60,577 nt of DNA, taken from positions 1 to 60,577 of the forward strand of contig JAGWGW010000006.1 in the NCBI GenBank assembly GCA_028867135.1. Reading direction: 5' to 3'. Shown here in pieces: positions 28,647-37,907 of the stretch. The notes under the pieces are model-generated. The model was not told the DNA's origin. It saw only the letters and a program-made list of their open reading frames with translations, and did no database searches. Both the position numbers and the translations under genes were made by a program. Position 1 is the first letter of the stretch; each line of letters starts with the position of its first letter. The DNA is from Candidatus Micrarchaeota archaeon (lineage in GTDB: Archaea > Micrarchaeota > Micrarchaeia > Micrarchaeales > CABMGC01).

Positions 28647-29215
28647 TGCTCATGAATATCAAGGCTATCAAGTTCAGGAGAAGGCGAGAGGCGCTCACCG
28701 ACTACAAGAAGAGGTTCAGGCTCGTGAAATCGGGCATGGACAGGATAGTGATCAGGAAGACGAACAAGAGGATAATAGCGCATGCCGTCAGGTACACCGA
28801 AAAGGGGGATCAGACGCTCGCATACGCTGACTCGAGCGAGCTGAAGGCGTTCAACTGGCCCTCGAACTCGAACAGGGGAACGGCGTATCTCACAGGAATG
28901 CTGCTTGCAAGGAAGCTCAAGGAGAAAGGCTCCTCGACAGAATACATACTGGACATAGGCATAACCTCGCCCGTCAAGAACTCCATACCGTTTGTTTTCG
29001 CTAAGGGATGCGCAGACGCGGGAGTGAAGATAAGGGGCACCTTCGACATGGATAGCAATATATATGACTATTCGAATACAAAGTACATACAGGAGATGAA
29101 AAGCAAGGACGCAGAGGCGTACAAGAAGCAGTACTCCGGACTTTTGGAAAAGAAGATAGAGCCTGAGCAGATGCACAAGCTTTTCGCCGAAGTAAAATCA
29201 AGGATATTGAAGTGA
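28643..29215 (+). CDS. rpl18: 50S ribosomal protein L18 (uL18)
   Basis: Order and sequence pattern. Confidence 0.85.
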   Translation: MMLMNIKAIKFRRRREALTDYKKRFRLVKSGMDRIVIRKTNKRIIAHAVRYTEKGDQTLAYADSSELKAFNWPSNSNRGTAYLTGMLLARKLKEKGSSTEYILDIGITSPVKNSIPFVFAKGCADAGVKIRGTFDMDSNIYDYSNTKYIQEMKSKDAEAYKKQYSGLLEKKIEPEQMHKLFAEVKSRILK

Positions 29216-29219
29216 TCGG

Positions 29220-29903
29220 TTGGCCTACAATAGGAATTACAATAGGAGAGAGCCTGAGAACAGGTTCAGCATAGACGACTGGAAGCCCAAGACAAGGATA
29301 GGCGAGATGGTCAAGGCCAAGGAGATAACAAGCCTTGAGCAGATATTCGAGAGCGGCAAGATAATCAAGGAAGTCGAGATAGTGGACGCGCTCATACCGA
29401 ACATAGAGGACAACGTCATAGAGATCGCATCGGTGCAGAGGATGACCAAGAACAACAGGAAACAGAAGTACAGGGCAACTGTCGTCATTGGGGACAGGAA
29501 CGGCCACGTAGGCATAGGGGTCGGGAAGGACGTCGAGGTAAAGCCGTCGATCGAGACTGCGATAAGGGATGCGAAGAAGCACATCATATCCGTCAACATA
29601 GGCTGCGGCTCGTGGGAGTGCAACTGCGGCACGAGGCACAGCATACCGCTTACGCTCAAGGCAAAGTGCGGCTCGTCCAACGTCATACTCAAGCCTGCAC
29701 CCAAAGGGGTGGGGATAGTCGCGTCCAAGACCATAAGCTCGGTCCTCGAACTCGCAGGAATAAAGGATGTCTGGACTTTCGCGAGAGGAAGGACGAGGGA
29801 CAAGTACAACGCCGCGCTGGCCACTTACAACGCGCTGAAGAGCCTGTCAGAGATAAAGAACGTGGACGCATTGGCTGTAAAAGAAAAGAGTAAACCTAAC
29901 TAA
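29220..29903 (+). CDS. rps5: 30S ribosomal protein S5 (uS5)
   Basis: Last gene of the cluster. TTG start. Confidence 0.85.
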   Translation: MAYNRNYNRREPENRFSIDDWKPKTRIGEMVKAKEITSLEQIFESGKIIKEVEIVDALIPNIEDNVIEIASVQRMTKNNRKQKYRATVVIGDRNGHVGIGVGKDVEVKPSIETAIRDAKKHIISVNIGCGSWECNCGTRHSIPLTLKAKCGSSNVILKPAPKGVGIVASKTISSVLELAGIKDVWTFARGRTRDKYNAALATYNALKSLSEIKNVDALAVKEKSKPN

Positions 29904-29949
29904 TTCTTATTACCAAGTAATTTAAGAATTCTCTTAATAATCAAACATT

Positions 29950-30849
29950 ATGCCTTCCTTGAGATTTGTGAGGACCAAAAGACTCCAATCCGCGATGGAG
30001 TACCTCATGACATATGGTTGGGCCATCCTCGCAATCGCAATCGTGATGGTCTCTCTCTATTCTTTGGGCATATTCAGTCTTGGAAATCTGCAACCTACTG
30101 CGACTCCCGGTTCCTGCCAGGTGATAAGGACAACTGCGCAGACGAGCCTTGCAGGTCAATGCAACAACCTTATTCCGAAGTATGTAGGCAGCTTCAACGG
30201 CGCAAACAGCTATATCTCAGTTCCCGATGCAAAGGTGCAGAGATCCATGACAACAGCCAGCTTTATCGGATGGATATATACCGCCACTACCGACGCGTCC
30301 TCTTACGACATGATGATAGCAAAGTACGCAACCAACCAGATAGGCTACAACTTCTATCTCAGCGGCGGATCACTACGCTGCTCGCTGTACAATGCCAGCG
30401 GCAATTCGGTGGATCACGCAATGGCTCCGAACCTGCATGATGGAAAGTGGCATTTTGTCGCATGCACTTATAACGGCAGCACGATGACGCTGTACGAAGA
30501 TGGGAAGTTCCTTGCAAGCTGGACCGGCACGTGGCAGCAGACTGGATCATGGACATTGAACCCTCTCGGATTGGGCTACAGGGGATACGGAGGCACGCTG
30601 TATTGCAATTGCTACCTTTCAAACCTGCAGATATACAACTCCTCGCTCGATTCGTCATCCATAAAGGCGCTATACCTGGAGGGAATAGGAGGCGTGCCGA
30701 TAGATCTCCAGGACCTTGTCGCATGGTATCCACTGAACGGGAATGCCAACGACTACTCGGGTTTGAACAGCAACGCGAATCTCAGCGGGATTGTAAACAC
30801 CGTCTGGAACGCGAACTGGCAGTCAGGGTACAAAGCGCCAACCTCCTGA
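29950..30849 (+). CDS. class III signal peptide (prepilin-like) LamG/ConA-like protein, paralog 2
   Basis: MPSLRFVRTKRLQSAMEYLMTYGWAILAIAIVMV… N-terminus. C-terminus LVAWYPLNGNANDYSGLNSNANLSG…WNANWQSGYKAPTS. Core is LamG-like. Confidence 0.6.
   Translation: MPSLRFVRTKRLQSAMEYLMTYGWAILAIAIVMVSLYSLGIFSLGNLQPTATPGSCQVIRTTAQTSLAGQCNNLIPKYVGSFNGANSYISVPDAKVQRSMTTASFIGWIYTATTDASSYDMMIAKYATNQIGYNFYLSGGSLRCSLYNASGNSVDHAMAPNLHDGKWHFVACTYNGSTMTLYEDGKFLASWTGTWQQTGSWTLNPLGLGYRGYGGTLYCNCYLSNLQIYNSSLDSSSIKALYLEGIGGVPIDLQDLVAWYPLNGNANDYSGLNSNANLSGIVNTVWNANWQSGYKAPTS
29986..30200 (+). repeat. 5' cassette of pilin-like gene (left arm of inverted repeat)
   Basis: About 174 nt (30027..30200) is 100% identical to the reverse complement of 35164..35337. 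A further 40 nt toward the ATG is near-identical. Confidence 0.8.
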
Positions 30850-30855
30850 ACTGCA

Positions 30856-31539
30856 TTATTTCACTATGCTTCCCTTGTAAGGCTTGCCCAGTATCGCCTT
30901 CTCTATCTCTGCCATGTCGTTGCTCACGAACCTTACTTCTATCCTCGACCTTCTCGCAAGCTTGCATCCGACCAGGTCGAACACGAAAGGAGCCTTTGCC
31001 TCCCTGCTGTCGTACTTGTATGCAAGATCGAGGAGCTGCTGGTAATTGAGCCTCTCCAGGCGCTTTGCCCCCTTCTCTGAAGGGTTCTTATCGTATATGT
31101 ATCCTACGCTGCTGACGTTTATCAGCGTCTTGCAGCCAGTGACCTCGCATGCGAGCACGGTAGACGCATCGGTGGTTATTCCCGGGATCAGCCCTCCCAT
31201 CAGCACGAGCTCGTTCTCGTTTATCGCAGCCTTGAGCTCCTCGAGGTTCGTGACCACGTTGGGGTAGGTCTTGAAATCCGAGAAAAGGTCCTTCATCATC
31301 AGCGCGTTTATCCTAGTGAACGCTATTCCCACCTCGTCGAGCAGCGCGTTGTTGTTTATGATGCTCCTTGTCGAGTTGATGTATAGCCTGTTGGCATACC
31401 CTCCGCCAACCACTATTATGAACTTGTACTTGTGTATGGCGCTCTTAAGCAATTTTGAGAACCTCTTGATGAAACCGACATTTATGCCCTCCTCTGTCGA
31501 TATTATGCTTCCTCCTAAAGATATGCAGATTATCTCCAT
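30856..31539 (-). CDS. pyrH: UMP kinase (uridylate kinase)
   Basis: Amino-acid-kinase fold motifs (IVVGGG, TTDASTVLAC) in 227 aa. Confidence 0.65.
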   Translation of the reverse strand: MEIICISLGGSIISTEEGINVGFIKRFSKLLKSAIHKYKFIIVVGGGYANRLYINSTRSIINNNALLDEVGIAFTRINALMMKDLFSDFKTYPNVVTNLEELKAAINENELVLMGGLIPGITTDASTVLACEVTGCKTLINVSSVGYIYDKNPSEKGAKRLERLNYQQLLDLAYKYDSREAKAPFVFDLVGCKLARRSRIEVRFVSNDMAEIEKAILGKPYKGSIVK

Positions 31540-31542
31540 CTT

Positions 31543-32448
31543 CTACCTCTTACTATCTCCTTTAGATAAGTATAATATTATTGCCTTTTCGACCAGCAGC
31601 TTGTTCTTCGCCTGCCTCCAGACTATGCTCCTTCTGCCGTCTATGACGCTTGCCGTTATCTCCTCGCCCCTGTGTGCGGGCAGGCAGTGCATCACGCTTG
31701 CATTTCTCCTTGCGTACGAGAGTGCCTGGTCGTTCAGCTGGTACGGCATGAACATCTCGCGCCTCCTTTCAGCATCATCCTCCTGGCCCATGCTGACGAA
31801 AGTGTCTGTCGAGACAATGTCGGCATTCCTGAGCCCCTTTTTGATGTCGCTGCCTACCTCCACCTTCGAATACTTCCTTGCCTTTCTCACGTATTCGTCA
31901 TTAGGTGCGCAGCTATCGGGGCCTACAAGCGATACCTTCGCACCCAGCATCGCAGCGCCTACCATCAGCGAGTTTGCGGTGTTCGCGGCTATGTCCCCCA
32001 TAATCGCTATCCTCAGCCCCTTTATCCTTTTCTTTGCCTCCCTTATCGTATACAGGTCGCTCAGCGCCTGGCACGGATGCTCAAGGTCTGTGAGTGCGTT
32101 GATCACTGGAACAGACGAGAATCTCGACAGCTCTACCAGCATTGAGTGCCTGTACATCCTGGCAGCTATGAAGTCGACATACGAGCTCAGGACCTTTGCA
32201 GTATCCGCGACGGTCTCTCCCCTCGACATCTGCGAGCTTCTGGAATCGATGTATATCGAGTAGCCGCCCAGCTGCGCCATCGCTGCCTCGAACGAGACCC
32301 TTGTCCTTGTGGAAGCCTTCTCGAACAGCAGCGCCAGCGTCTTCCTCCTCCTGAAGCGGAATCCGCCGTCCGCCTTCAGGTCATCGGCGATGGAGAATAT
32401 GCTCTCTATGCCTTTTCTCCCGAAGTCGTCAACGCAAAGGAAGTTCAT
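31543..32448 (-). CDS. argF: ornithine carbamoyltransferase-like
   Basis: STRTR, HPCQ, SMG and HCLP motifs. 301 aa. Confidence 0.65.
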   Translation of the reverse strand: MNFLCVDDFGRKGIESIFSIADDLKADGGFRFRRRKTLALLFEKASTRTRVSFEAAMAQLGGYSIYIDSRSSQMSRGETVADTAKVLSSYVDFIAARMYRHSMLVELSRFSSVPVINALTDLEHPCQALSDLYTIREAKKRIKGLRIAIMGDIAANTANSLMVGAAMLGAKVSLVGPDSCAPNDEYVRKARKYSKVEVGSDIKKGLRNADIVSTDTFVSMGQEDDAERRREMFMPYQLNDQALSYARRNASVMHCLPAHRGEEITASVIDGRRSIVWRQAKNKLLVEKAIILYLSKGDSKR

Positions 32449-32457
32449 CCAATCTAT

Positions 32458-32832
32458 CTATCCAAAAAGCAGGCCTATGCCCTGCTCGCTCTCCTTTCTT
32501 TCCTCTTCAATCGTAGCTATTATCTTGGCTTCGAGCTCAGGCTCCACCCTCTTCAGGCTGCCTATGCCCTCTTTCAGCTTCTTCTCGCCCTTTTCAAGGA
32601 ACTCGTCAGGCGCGCTAATTGTGAGATAGTACATGCCCCTGTCCAATCCAAGCGAGGTTCCGTCCTTGAGCCAGTAGTCCTGCCTGGCGAATATTATGTT
32701 CGCGTTTGGATCGTCCTTTAGTCCTGCGAGTTCCGCTTCGCTCTTGCTCTTGTCAAGATAAGGATCATATTCGAGCAGCTGCTTCAGCGCGCCAGCATCC
32801 TTGGCTTCGCAGCTGTAGACGCGCATACCCAT
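32458..32832 (-). CDS. hypothetical protein
   Basis: 124-aa ORF between argF-like and S8e. Confidence 0.35.
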   Translation of the reverse strand: MGMRVYSCEAKDAGALKQLLEYDPYLDKSKSEAELAGLKDDPNANIIFARQDYWLKDGTSLGLDRGMYYLTISAPDEFLEKGEKKLKEGIGSLKRVEPELEAKIIATIEEERKESEQGIGLLFG

Positions 32833-32836
32833 GGCA

Positions 32837-33229
32837 TCACAGCTTCTTCGCGTTGATGAAGCCCTCCTTCCCGGGCCTGTTTACCACGACGGCCCTTCCT
32901 GCATCCGTCAGTATGACTGTGCCCTTGGTGATTATGTTCATCCTTGCGAAGTTCCTGTTGTCCTTTGATTCGACGACCCCGGTTATCTTGACCTTCTTGT
33001 ACGACTTGCCTTCAAGAAGGTTTGCGAATCCTGCGTACTGCATCTTGCTCCTTCTTGAGCCTCCCCTGACCCTGACATTCTTGGATGAGTTGCTCTCTCC
33101 AAGCTTCGTGGCTACGAAGTATCCTCCCATCTCGTGCCTCCTCTTGTCACGGTTGTTCTTCTTTATCTTGCCGCTTCCATTCAGGGTCCTGCCTGACCTT
33201 CCATGGAACTGCGCACCAAACTGGCTCAT
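32837..33229 (-). CDS. rps8e: 30S ribosomal protein S8e
   Basis: KVKITGVVESKDNRNFARMNIITKGTVILTDAGRAVVVNRPGKEGFINAKKL matches the eS8 C-terminus. Start assigned at MSQFGAQF. Confidence 0.7.
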   Translation of the reverse strand: MSQFGAQFHGRSGRTLNGSGKIKKNNRDKRRHEMGGYFVATKLGESNSSKNVRVRGGSRRSKMQYAGFANLLEGKSYKKVKITGVVESKDNRNFARMNIITKGTVILTDAGRAVVVNRPGKEGFINAKKL

Positions 33230-33322
33230 AGTATCAACATAAAATGAGATCAGAAACGTCAATATACTTATCAATAACAAGGAATATAAAGATTACATAG
33301 GAGATGCTCGTATGGTGCATCG

Positions 33323-33766
33323 ATGGGCATAGAGAGGGAGCTAGGTAAGCCTGCAGCGTACGCATGCTCCTCAGCTGTTGAGCCGCAGAGGCTGCTCAAT
33401 GAGGCAAGGAAGCTCTCAAGGGGCAACTCCTTCATACTGCTCCTTGACAAGAGAAGGGGCATAGAGGACAGGCTACTTCCTGCATACCTTAACGCGTACC
33501 TCAGGCATAGGGAGAGGAGCATGAGGTCAGAAAGCCTTCAGATAGAGGTCCTGCTATTCGCGGCCATGACCATGCAGATAGGCAGCGCGATAAAAAGCCA
33601 CGGCATAAGGAACCAAAAGGGCTTTATAATCTTCACGAACAGGAAGCAGTTGCTCAAAAGGATGCAGAAGAAGTTTCCCATAAAGCTCTCCAAGGAGCTG
33701 AAACTGTCGCTCGGTTCGGAGGAAAGCGGAAGAATGGCGGTACTGCCAATATCCTATGTCAGGTAG
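33323..33766 (+). CDS. cgi121: KEOPS complex subunit Cgi121-like
   Basis: Pattern ILLLD…EVLLFAAMTMQIGSAIKSHGI aligns with archaeal Cgi121 (IL.AD…EIL..A…QI..AIK..G). About 147 aa. Confidence 0.4.
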   Translation: MGIERELGKPAAYACSSAVEPQRLLNEARKLSRGNSFILLLDKRRGIEDRLLPAYLNAYLRHRERSMRSESLQIEVLLFAAMTMQIGSAIKSHGIRNQKGFIIFTNRKQLLKRMQKKFPIKLSKELKLSLGSEESGRMAVLPISYVR

Positions 33767-34424
33767 CGGTCTCGCTCTCCCCAAATTGGGAATCAAGGAT
33801 CTCGCTTATCCTTGCCGCTTTTTTCTTGCCTATCTTGTCCACTTCTTGCAGCTCTTCTGCATTGGCATTTACTATGTTCTTTATGCTCTTGAAATGCGAT
33901 ATCAGGTTCCTTGCGAGCTTCGGCCCTACGCCTGGCATAGAGCTGAGTATGAGCAGCTGCCACTGCTCGGTCGTGTACGCCTTTTTCAGCCCCAACAGCC
34001 TAGGCTCCCTGTTCTCCTGCACCTGCTCTCTTTCCGCAGCCTTGCAGAGTATCGACACTGTCTGCTCCTTCCCGTTCGATCTCAGTATCTGCAGGTTGTA
34101 ATCCGTATAAAGCTTGAGCATGGTGCCTACTATCACGTTGCTTCCGAGCCTGAAGTCATCCTCTCCCTCTATCAGCATTATCGGCTTCTTGTAGCTGTCG
34201 TTGAGCCTTGAGATCTGGTCGAAGAGCCTGTTGTCTATTATCGAGCTTTCGAAGTCGCTGACCGTCTTCCTCTCTATGCATATCCTGTCCGATACTACGT
34301 AATCGCCTACGGGCAGCTGCGCGAAGGTGATGTCCACGCCGTTGCCTGAGAGCCCCTCTATTATGCTGAGGTCGCGCTCCCTGTTGTCGACTATCATCTT
34401 CAGCTCCTTCATCTCTACCATCAA
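33759..34424 (-). CDS. XPF/ERCC4-type nuclease, short form with C-terminal HhH2
   Basis: ERCC4 motif VDNRER…GDYVV…ERKTVSDF. C-terminal helix-hairpin-helix (GVGPKLARNLISHF). Confidence 0.65.
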   Translation of the reverse strand: MMVEMKELKMIVDNRERDLSIIEGLSGNGVDITFAQLPVGDYVVSDRICIERKTVSDFESSIIDNRLFDQISRLNDSYKKPIMLIEGEDDFRLGSNVIVGTMLKLYTDYNLQILRSNGKEQTVSILCKAAEREQVQENREPRLLGLKKAYTTEQWQLLILSSMPGVGPKLARNLISHFKSIKNIVNANAEELQEVDKIGKKKAARISEILDSQFGESETAT

Positions 34425-34493
34425 AACAAGCGATTTCCTTTACCAGTTAAAAATTATAAGCACTTCCATTGTGATCACGAAGCCAATGTTCTG

Positions 34494-35387
34494 TCACGAT
34501 GAAGGAAGCGAGTATCCGTTCTGCCAGTTCGCGTTCCAGATAACGTTTGTTGGAGTTCCCTGGTTGTTGTTACCAGAATAGTCGTTCGCATTGCCGTTCA
34601 GCGGCCACCATGCTACTAGATGGCCTACATCTATAGGTGCGCCTCCTATTCCCTCCTTGTAGAGTGCTTTTACTGTCGTATTGTCAAGCGATGCATTGTA
34701 GATTTGGACGTCTGCAATTGAACCATTGAAGTATAAGCCGGAATAGGCTCCAGCCCTCCCTATCATATAAGGCTGGGCTGTAAGGTTGCCTCCACTGACG
34801 GTCTGCGTCAAAGTATTTATGACAACGCCATTCTTGTAGAATACTACATTGCTTCCGTCGTATGTTATGGAGAGCATGACCCATTTTCCTGCTGGAAAGT
34901 TAGTAGAGTTGTACTTCTGCCCTGAGCAGGCCTTCTGTTCTGATCCACCGCTTGTTATAATCGTATACCAGCTGCCATCTGGACACATACCGACATTGAG
35001 CACACCAAGCACGTATCTGGCGCTGACATCAGAACCACCGCTATTTCCTCCACACATCACATTCTGACGGTAGGTATAGTCGCCGTTAGGCGCTATCCAT
35101 ACGGTCATCGTTGCCGCTGCTGTCGAACTGAAGTTTCCCACGCTGACATAGCTATGATGTGCTCCGTTGAAGCTGCCTACATACTTCGGAATAAGGTTGT
35201 TGCATTGACCTGCAAGGCTTGTCTGCGCAGTTGTCCTTATCACCTGGCAGGAACCGGGAGTCGCAGTAGGTTGCAGATTTCCAAGACTGAATATGCCCAA
35301 AGAATAGAGAGAGACCATCACGATTGCGATTGCGAGGACGGTCCATCCATAGGTCATGAGGTATTCCATTGCAGACTGCGATAGCAT
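34494..35387 (-). CDS. class III signal peptide (prepilin-like) LamG/ConA-like protein, paralog 3
   Basis: MLSQSAMEYLMTYGWTVLAIAIVMV… N-terminus. C-terminus LVAWWPLNGNANDYSGNNNQGTPTNVIWNANWQNGYSLPSS. Confidence 0.6.
   Translation of the reverse strand: MLSQSAMEYLMTYGWTVLAIAIVMVSLYSLGIFSLGNLQPTATPGSCQVIRTTAQTSLAGQCNNLIPKYVGSFNGAHHSYVSVGNFSSTAAATMTVWIAPNGDYTYRQNVMCGGNSGGSDVSARYVLGVLNVGMCPDGSWYTIITSGGSEQKACSGQKYNSTNFPAGKWVMLSITYDGSNVVFYKNGVVINTLTQTVSGGNLTAQPYMIGRAGAYSGLYFNGSIADVQIYNASLDNTTVKALYKEGIGGAPIDVGHLVAWWPLNGNANDYSGNNNQGTPTNVIWNANWQNGYSLPSS
35164..35369 (-). repeat. 5' cassette of pilin-like gene (right arm of inverted repeat)
   Basis: Reverse complement is identical to 30027..30200 over about 174 nt. 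Confidence 0.8.
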
Positions 35388-35428
35388 TGCATTCCCTTTT
35401 ATTAGTTGATGCTGGAATCTTATAAAAG

Positions 35429-36196
35429 ATGATACTTATGGCGAGAAGGGTCAGCAGGAGGAAGGAACCGAGCAGAGAGAAGCACATGATTAAGGAGCAG
35501 CTGAAGATTGAGGAGGGCGTATTCGACAACAGGACAATGATGAACCTGAGCAGGGTGTTCACGCACAACATCGCCTCAAAGCTCCTCTTCCTTACTGCGA
35601 AGGGAAAGGAGGCTGACGTATACGTCGCTGAGCACGGATCAAGGGTTGATTCCGAGCTTGTCATTCTGAAGATATTCCGTATAGAAACATCGCATTTCTT
35701 CAAGCGCGACCTCTACATAAAGGGGGATCCAAGGTTCGAGAAGATAAAGCTCAACCAGATGGGCATAATAAACACGTGGTGCAAGAAGGAGTACGGCAAC
35801 CTCAAGCTCGCAGAACTCGCGGGGGTCCATGCGCCAAAGCCATACTACTTCAGCGGCAACGTCCTTGCGATGGAGTTCATAGGAAAGGACGGAATTCCTT
35901 CAAGCACGCTGAAGAATGCAGGAACTCCTAATCCGAAAAGGACCCTCGATCTAATCATAGAGGACATGAAGAGGATGTACCAGAACGAGCTGGTGCATGC
36001 GGACATGAGCGAGTACAACATACTGATGCAAGGTGACGTTCCATACATAATAGACTTCGGCCAGGCTGTAGTGCTTGGGCATCCAAGCGCGATGAAATTC
36101 CTGAACAGAGATGTAGGCATCATACTCCAGTTCTTCAGGAAGTCTTACGGCATAGACATGGACCCGGAAGAGGCGCTGAAGCGGATAACAAAATAG
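35429..36196 (+). CDS. rio1: RIO-type serine/threonine protein kinase (Rio1)
   Basis: GKEADVY, LVHADMSEYNIL, IIDFGQAV. The true start may be the internal Met at 35486. Confidence 0.7.
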   Translation: MILMARRVSRRKEPSREKHMIKEQLKIEEGVFDNRTMMNLSRVFTHNIASKLLFLTAKGKEADVYVAEHGSRVDSELVILKIFRIETSHFFKRDLYIKGDPRFEKIKLNQMGIINTWCKKEYGNLKLAELAGVHAPKPYYFSGNVLAMEFIGKDGIPSSTLKNAGTPNPKRTLDLIIEDMKRMYQNELVHADMSEYNILMQGDVPYIIDFGQAVVLGHPSAMKFLNRDVGIILQFFRKSYGIDMDPEEALKRITK

Positions 36197-36235
36197 CGAT
36201 TCCTGTAGATTAACTTAATAAACCTATTCAGCTCC

Positions 36236-36874
36236 ATGTGCGATATGGGTGTTGAGGCGACTGCACGTTCCAAGTTGCGCACTAGAGGCGCTGATAATGC
36301 GCCCCAATGGATGACAAGGAACACGCATGTCAACAGCGGCTACGAGAGGCTGTTCAAGGGCCAGCTCCTCAAGGCGCTGCCGCACAACGATGTCAGCTAC
36401 GAGCCTGTAAGGCTTCCACTGATAGAACACGGCCTTGTCAAAGACGCGTATACCCCTGACTTTATCCTGCCTACATTGTATGTCAACGGAAAGGTCGTCG
36501 CAATAGAGCCGCATGGCGCACCGTTCCTAAGCGCCAGGTATCTGGAAAAGCTCGCAGCTGCAAAGGATATATACAACCTCTATCTAGTGCTGGCTTCAGA
36601 TGTTGAGAGGGTGGGGATCGAGAAGAAGTTCGGGCTCCTGGTGGGCGACTTCATCGACCAGTACTGGTACGTATCGAATCCCAAGTTCTCCAAAGGCCAG
36701 CCAAAATCAAAATCCGAGGCCGTACTCAGGTTAAGGATACATGACCTTCTCAATGTAGCAGAAAGGGGTGAAGACTACCTCAAATATCTAAAGAGCGCTG
36801 CAAGGTTCTATTCTGCGATGGCGCAGAAGGACAAGGCCGATTTTGTGGACCTTATGAGGCCGATGGCCGCGTAG
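36236..36874 (+). CDS. hypothetical protein (possible PD-(D/E)xK-like fold)
   Basis: 212 aa. YTPDFILP…VVAIEPHG is loosely nuclease-like. Weak. Confidence 0.3.
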   Translation: MCDMGVEATARSKLRTRGADNAPQWMTRNTHVNSGYERLFKGQLLKALPHNDVSYEPVRLPLIEHGLVKDAYTPDFILPTLYVNGKVVAIEPHGAPFLSARYLEKLAAAKDIYNLYLVLASDVERVGIEKKFGLLVGDFIDQYWYVSNPKFSKGQPKSKSEAVLRLRIHDLLNVAERGEDYLKYLKSAARFYSAMAQKDKADFVDLMRPMAA

Positions 36875-36881
36875 CCCAGCT

Positions 36882-37181
36882 TCACTGTATGTTGTAGCCC
36901 TTCTGCTTGAGAAGCTCCTTGTCCATGAGGCTGTACCTCCAGACTATGTCTCCCTTCTCATCCGACTGCACAACCCACGGCTTGACAAGCACGATATCAT
37001 TCTCCTTGACCCAGAACCTTCTCTTGAGCCTTCCGGGAATCGAGCACATCCTCTCCTTGTTGTCGGTGCAGAGCACGCTGAACTTCGATGCTCCCTGCGC
37101 CTTCACAACGGTTCCGATCACCTCGTTGTCTCTTGGGAGTACGAACCTGTGCTCTTCCGGTTGTCCGTGTTTCTTGTACAA
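36882..37181 (-). CDS. eif1a: translation initiation factor 1A (aIF-1A/eIF-1A)
   Basis: RLKRRFWVKENDIVLV…DKGDIVWRY. Start trimmed to a TTG so as not to overlap aIF-2 beta; the track ORF extends to 37235. Confidence 0.65.
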   Translation of the reverse strand: MYKKHGQPEEHRFVLPRDNEVIGTVVKAQGASKFSVLCTDNKERMCSIPGRLKRRFWVKENDIVLVKPWVVQSDEKGDIVWRYSLMDKELLKQKGYNIQ

Positions 37182-37188
37182 TATACCA

Positions 37189-37620
37189 CTAATAGTTCTT
37201 GACAGTGTACCTTGCCCCGCATGCCTCGCAGACAATTGTTATGTATCCTCTCTCAACTCCCTGTATGTGCGTGTCCGGCTTGTGGCACTCCTTGCATATT
37301 ACGTACATTTCAAAATATTTCCTTATCTTCTCGTTGAGGTTGTTTGCGTTCACCTTCGCGCCTATGTTCAGGCTCTGCGCGTCTATGCTCACAGGAGCCG
37401 CAAGCTCCTTCGTAAGGTACTTGCCGATCTCCTCCTTGCTCCTTCTGGCAACGTCTGCTATCTGCCCAATGTTCTTGAGCATCGTCTTGTTTCCCTGGAC
37501 TATCGCGTCAGCTACAGGTATCTTGAAATCTACCTTCTCCTCGCTGACCCCCGAGAACTTGGTGAATGCCCTGTCGAGCAGCTGTTCGTAATCCATAATA
37601 AGCATCCGATTATTACTCAA
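37189..37620 (-). CDS. eif2b: translation initiation factor 2 beta subunit (aIF-2 beta)
   Basis: MDYEQLLDRA…C-terminal zinc ribbon CKECHKPDT…CEACG. Confidence 0.75.
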   Translation of the reverse strand: MSNNRMLIMDYEQLLDRAFTKFSGVSEEKVDFKIPVADAIVQGNKTMLKNIGQIADVARRSKEEIGKYLTKELAAPVSIDAQSLNIGAKVNANNLNEKIRKYFEMYVICKECHKPDTHIQGVERGYITIVCEACGARYTVKNY

Positions 37621-37907
37621 TATTATGCAGCAACTGATATAAAATAGTTGGGATTTTAGGTTCTGTCAACAAATCCGTCAGTTGAATTGTAGTGTCGCAT
37701 TCGTCAGGTGGAAATACCAAACTTTCCTCTCCGCATTCTTCTATCATTCCATTTCTGTTCATATTCAGAGCAAAAGCTCGATTCTTGGGGTGAATAGATG
37801 AAAAATCTAGTTCTTAAAATTAAGAAACTTCTGTCAAAACCAGAAAAATTGTTATCAGCTAATACTTTTTATAGTAATTGCCATATGTTTTATTTTAGGT
37901 TTATACA

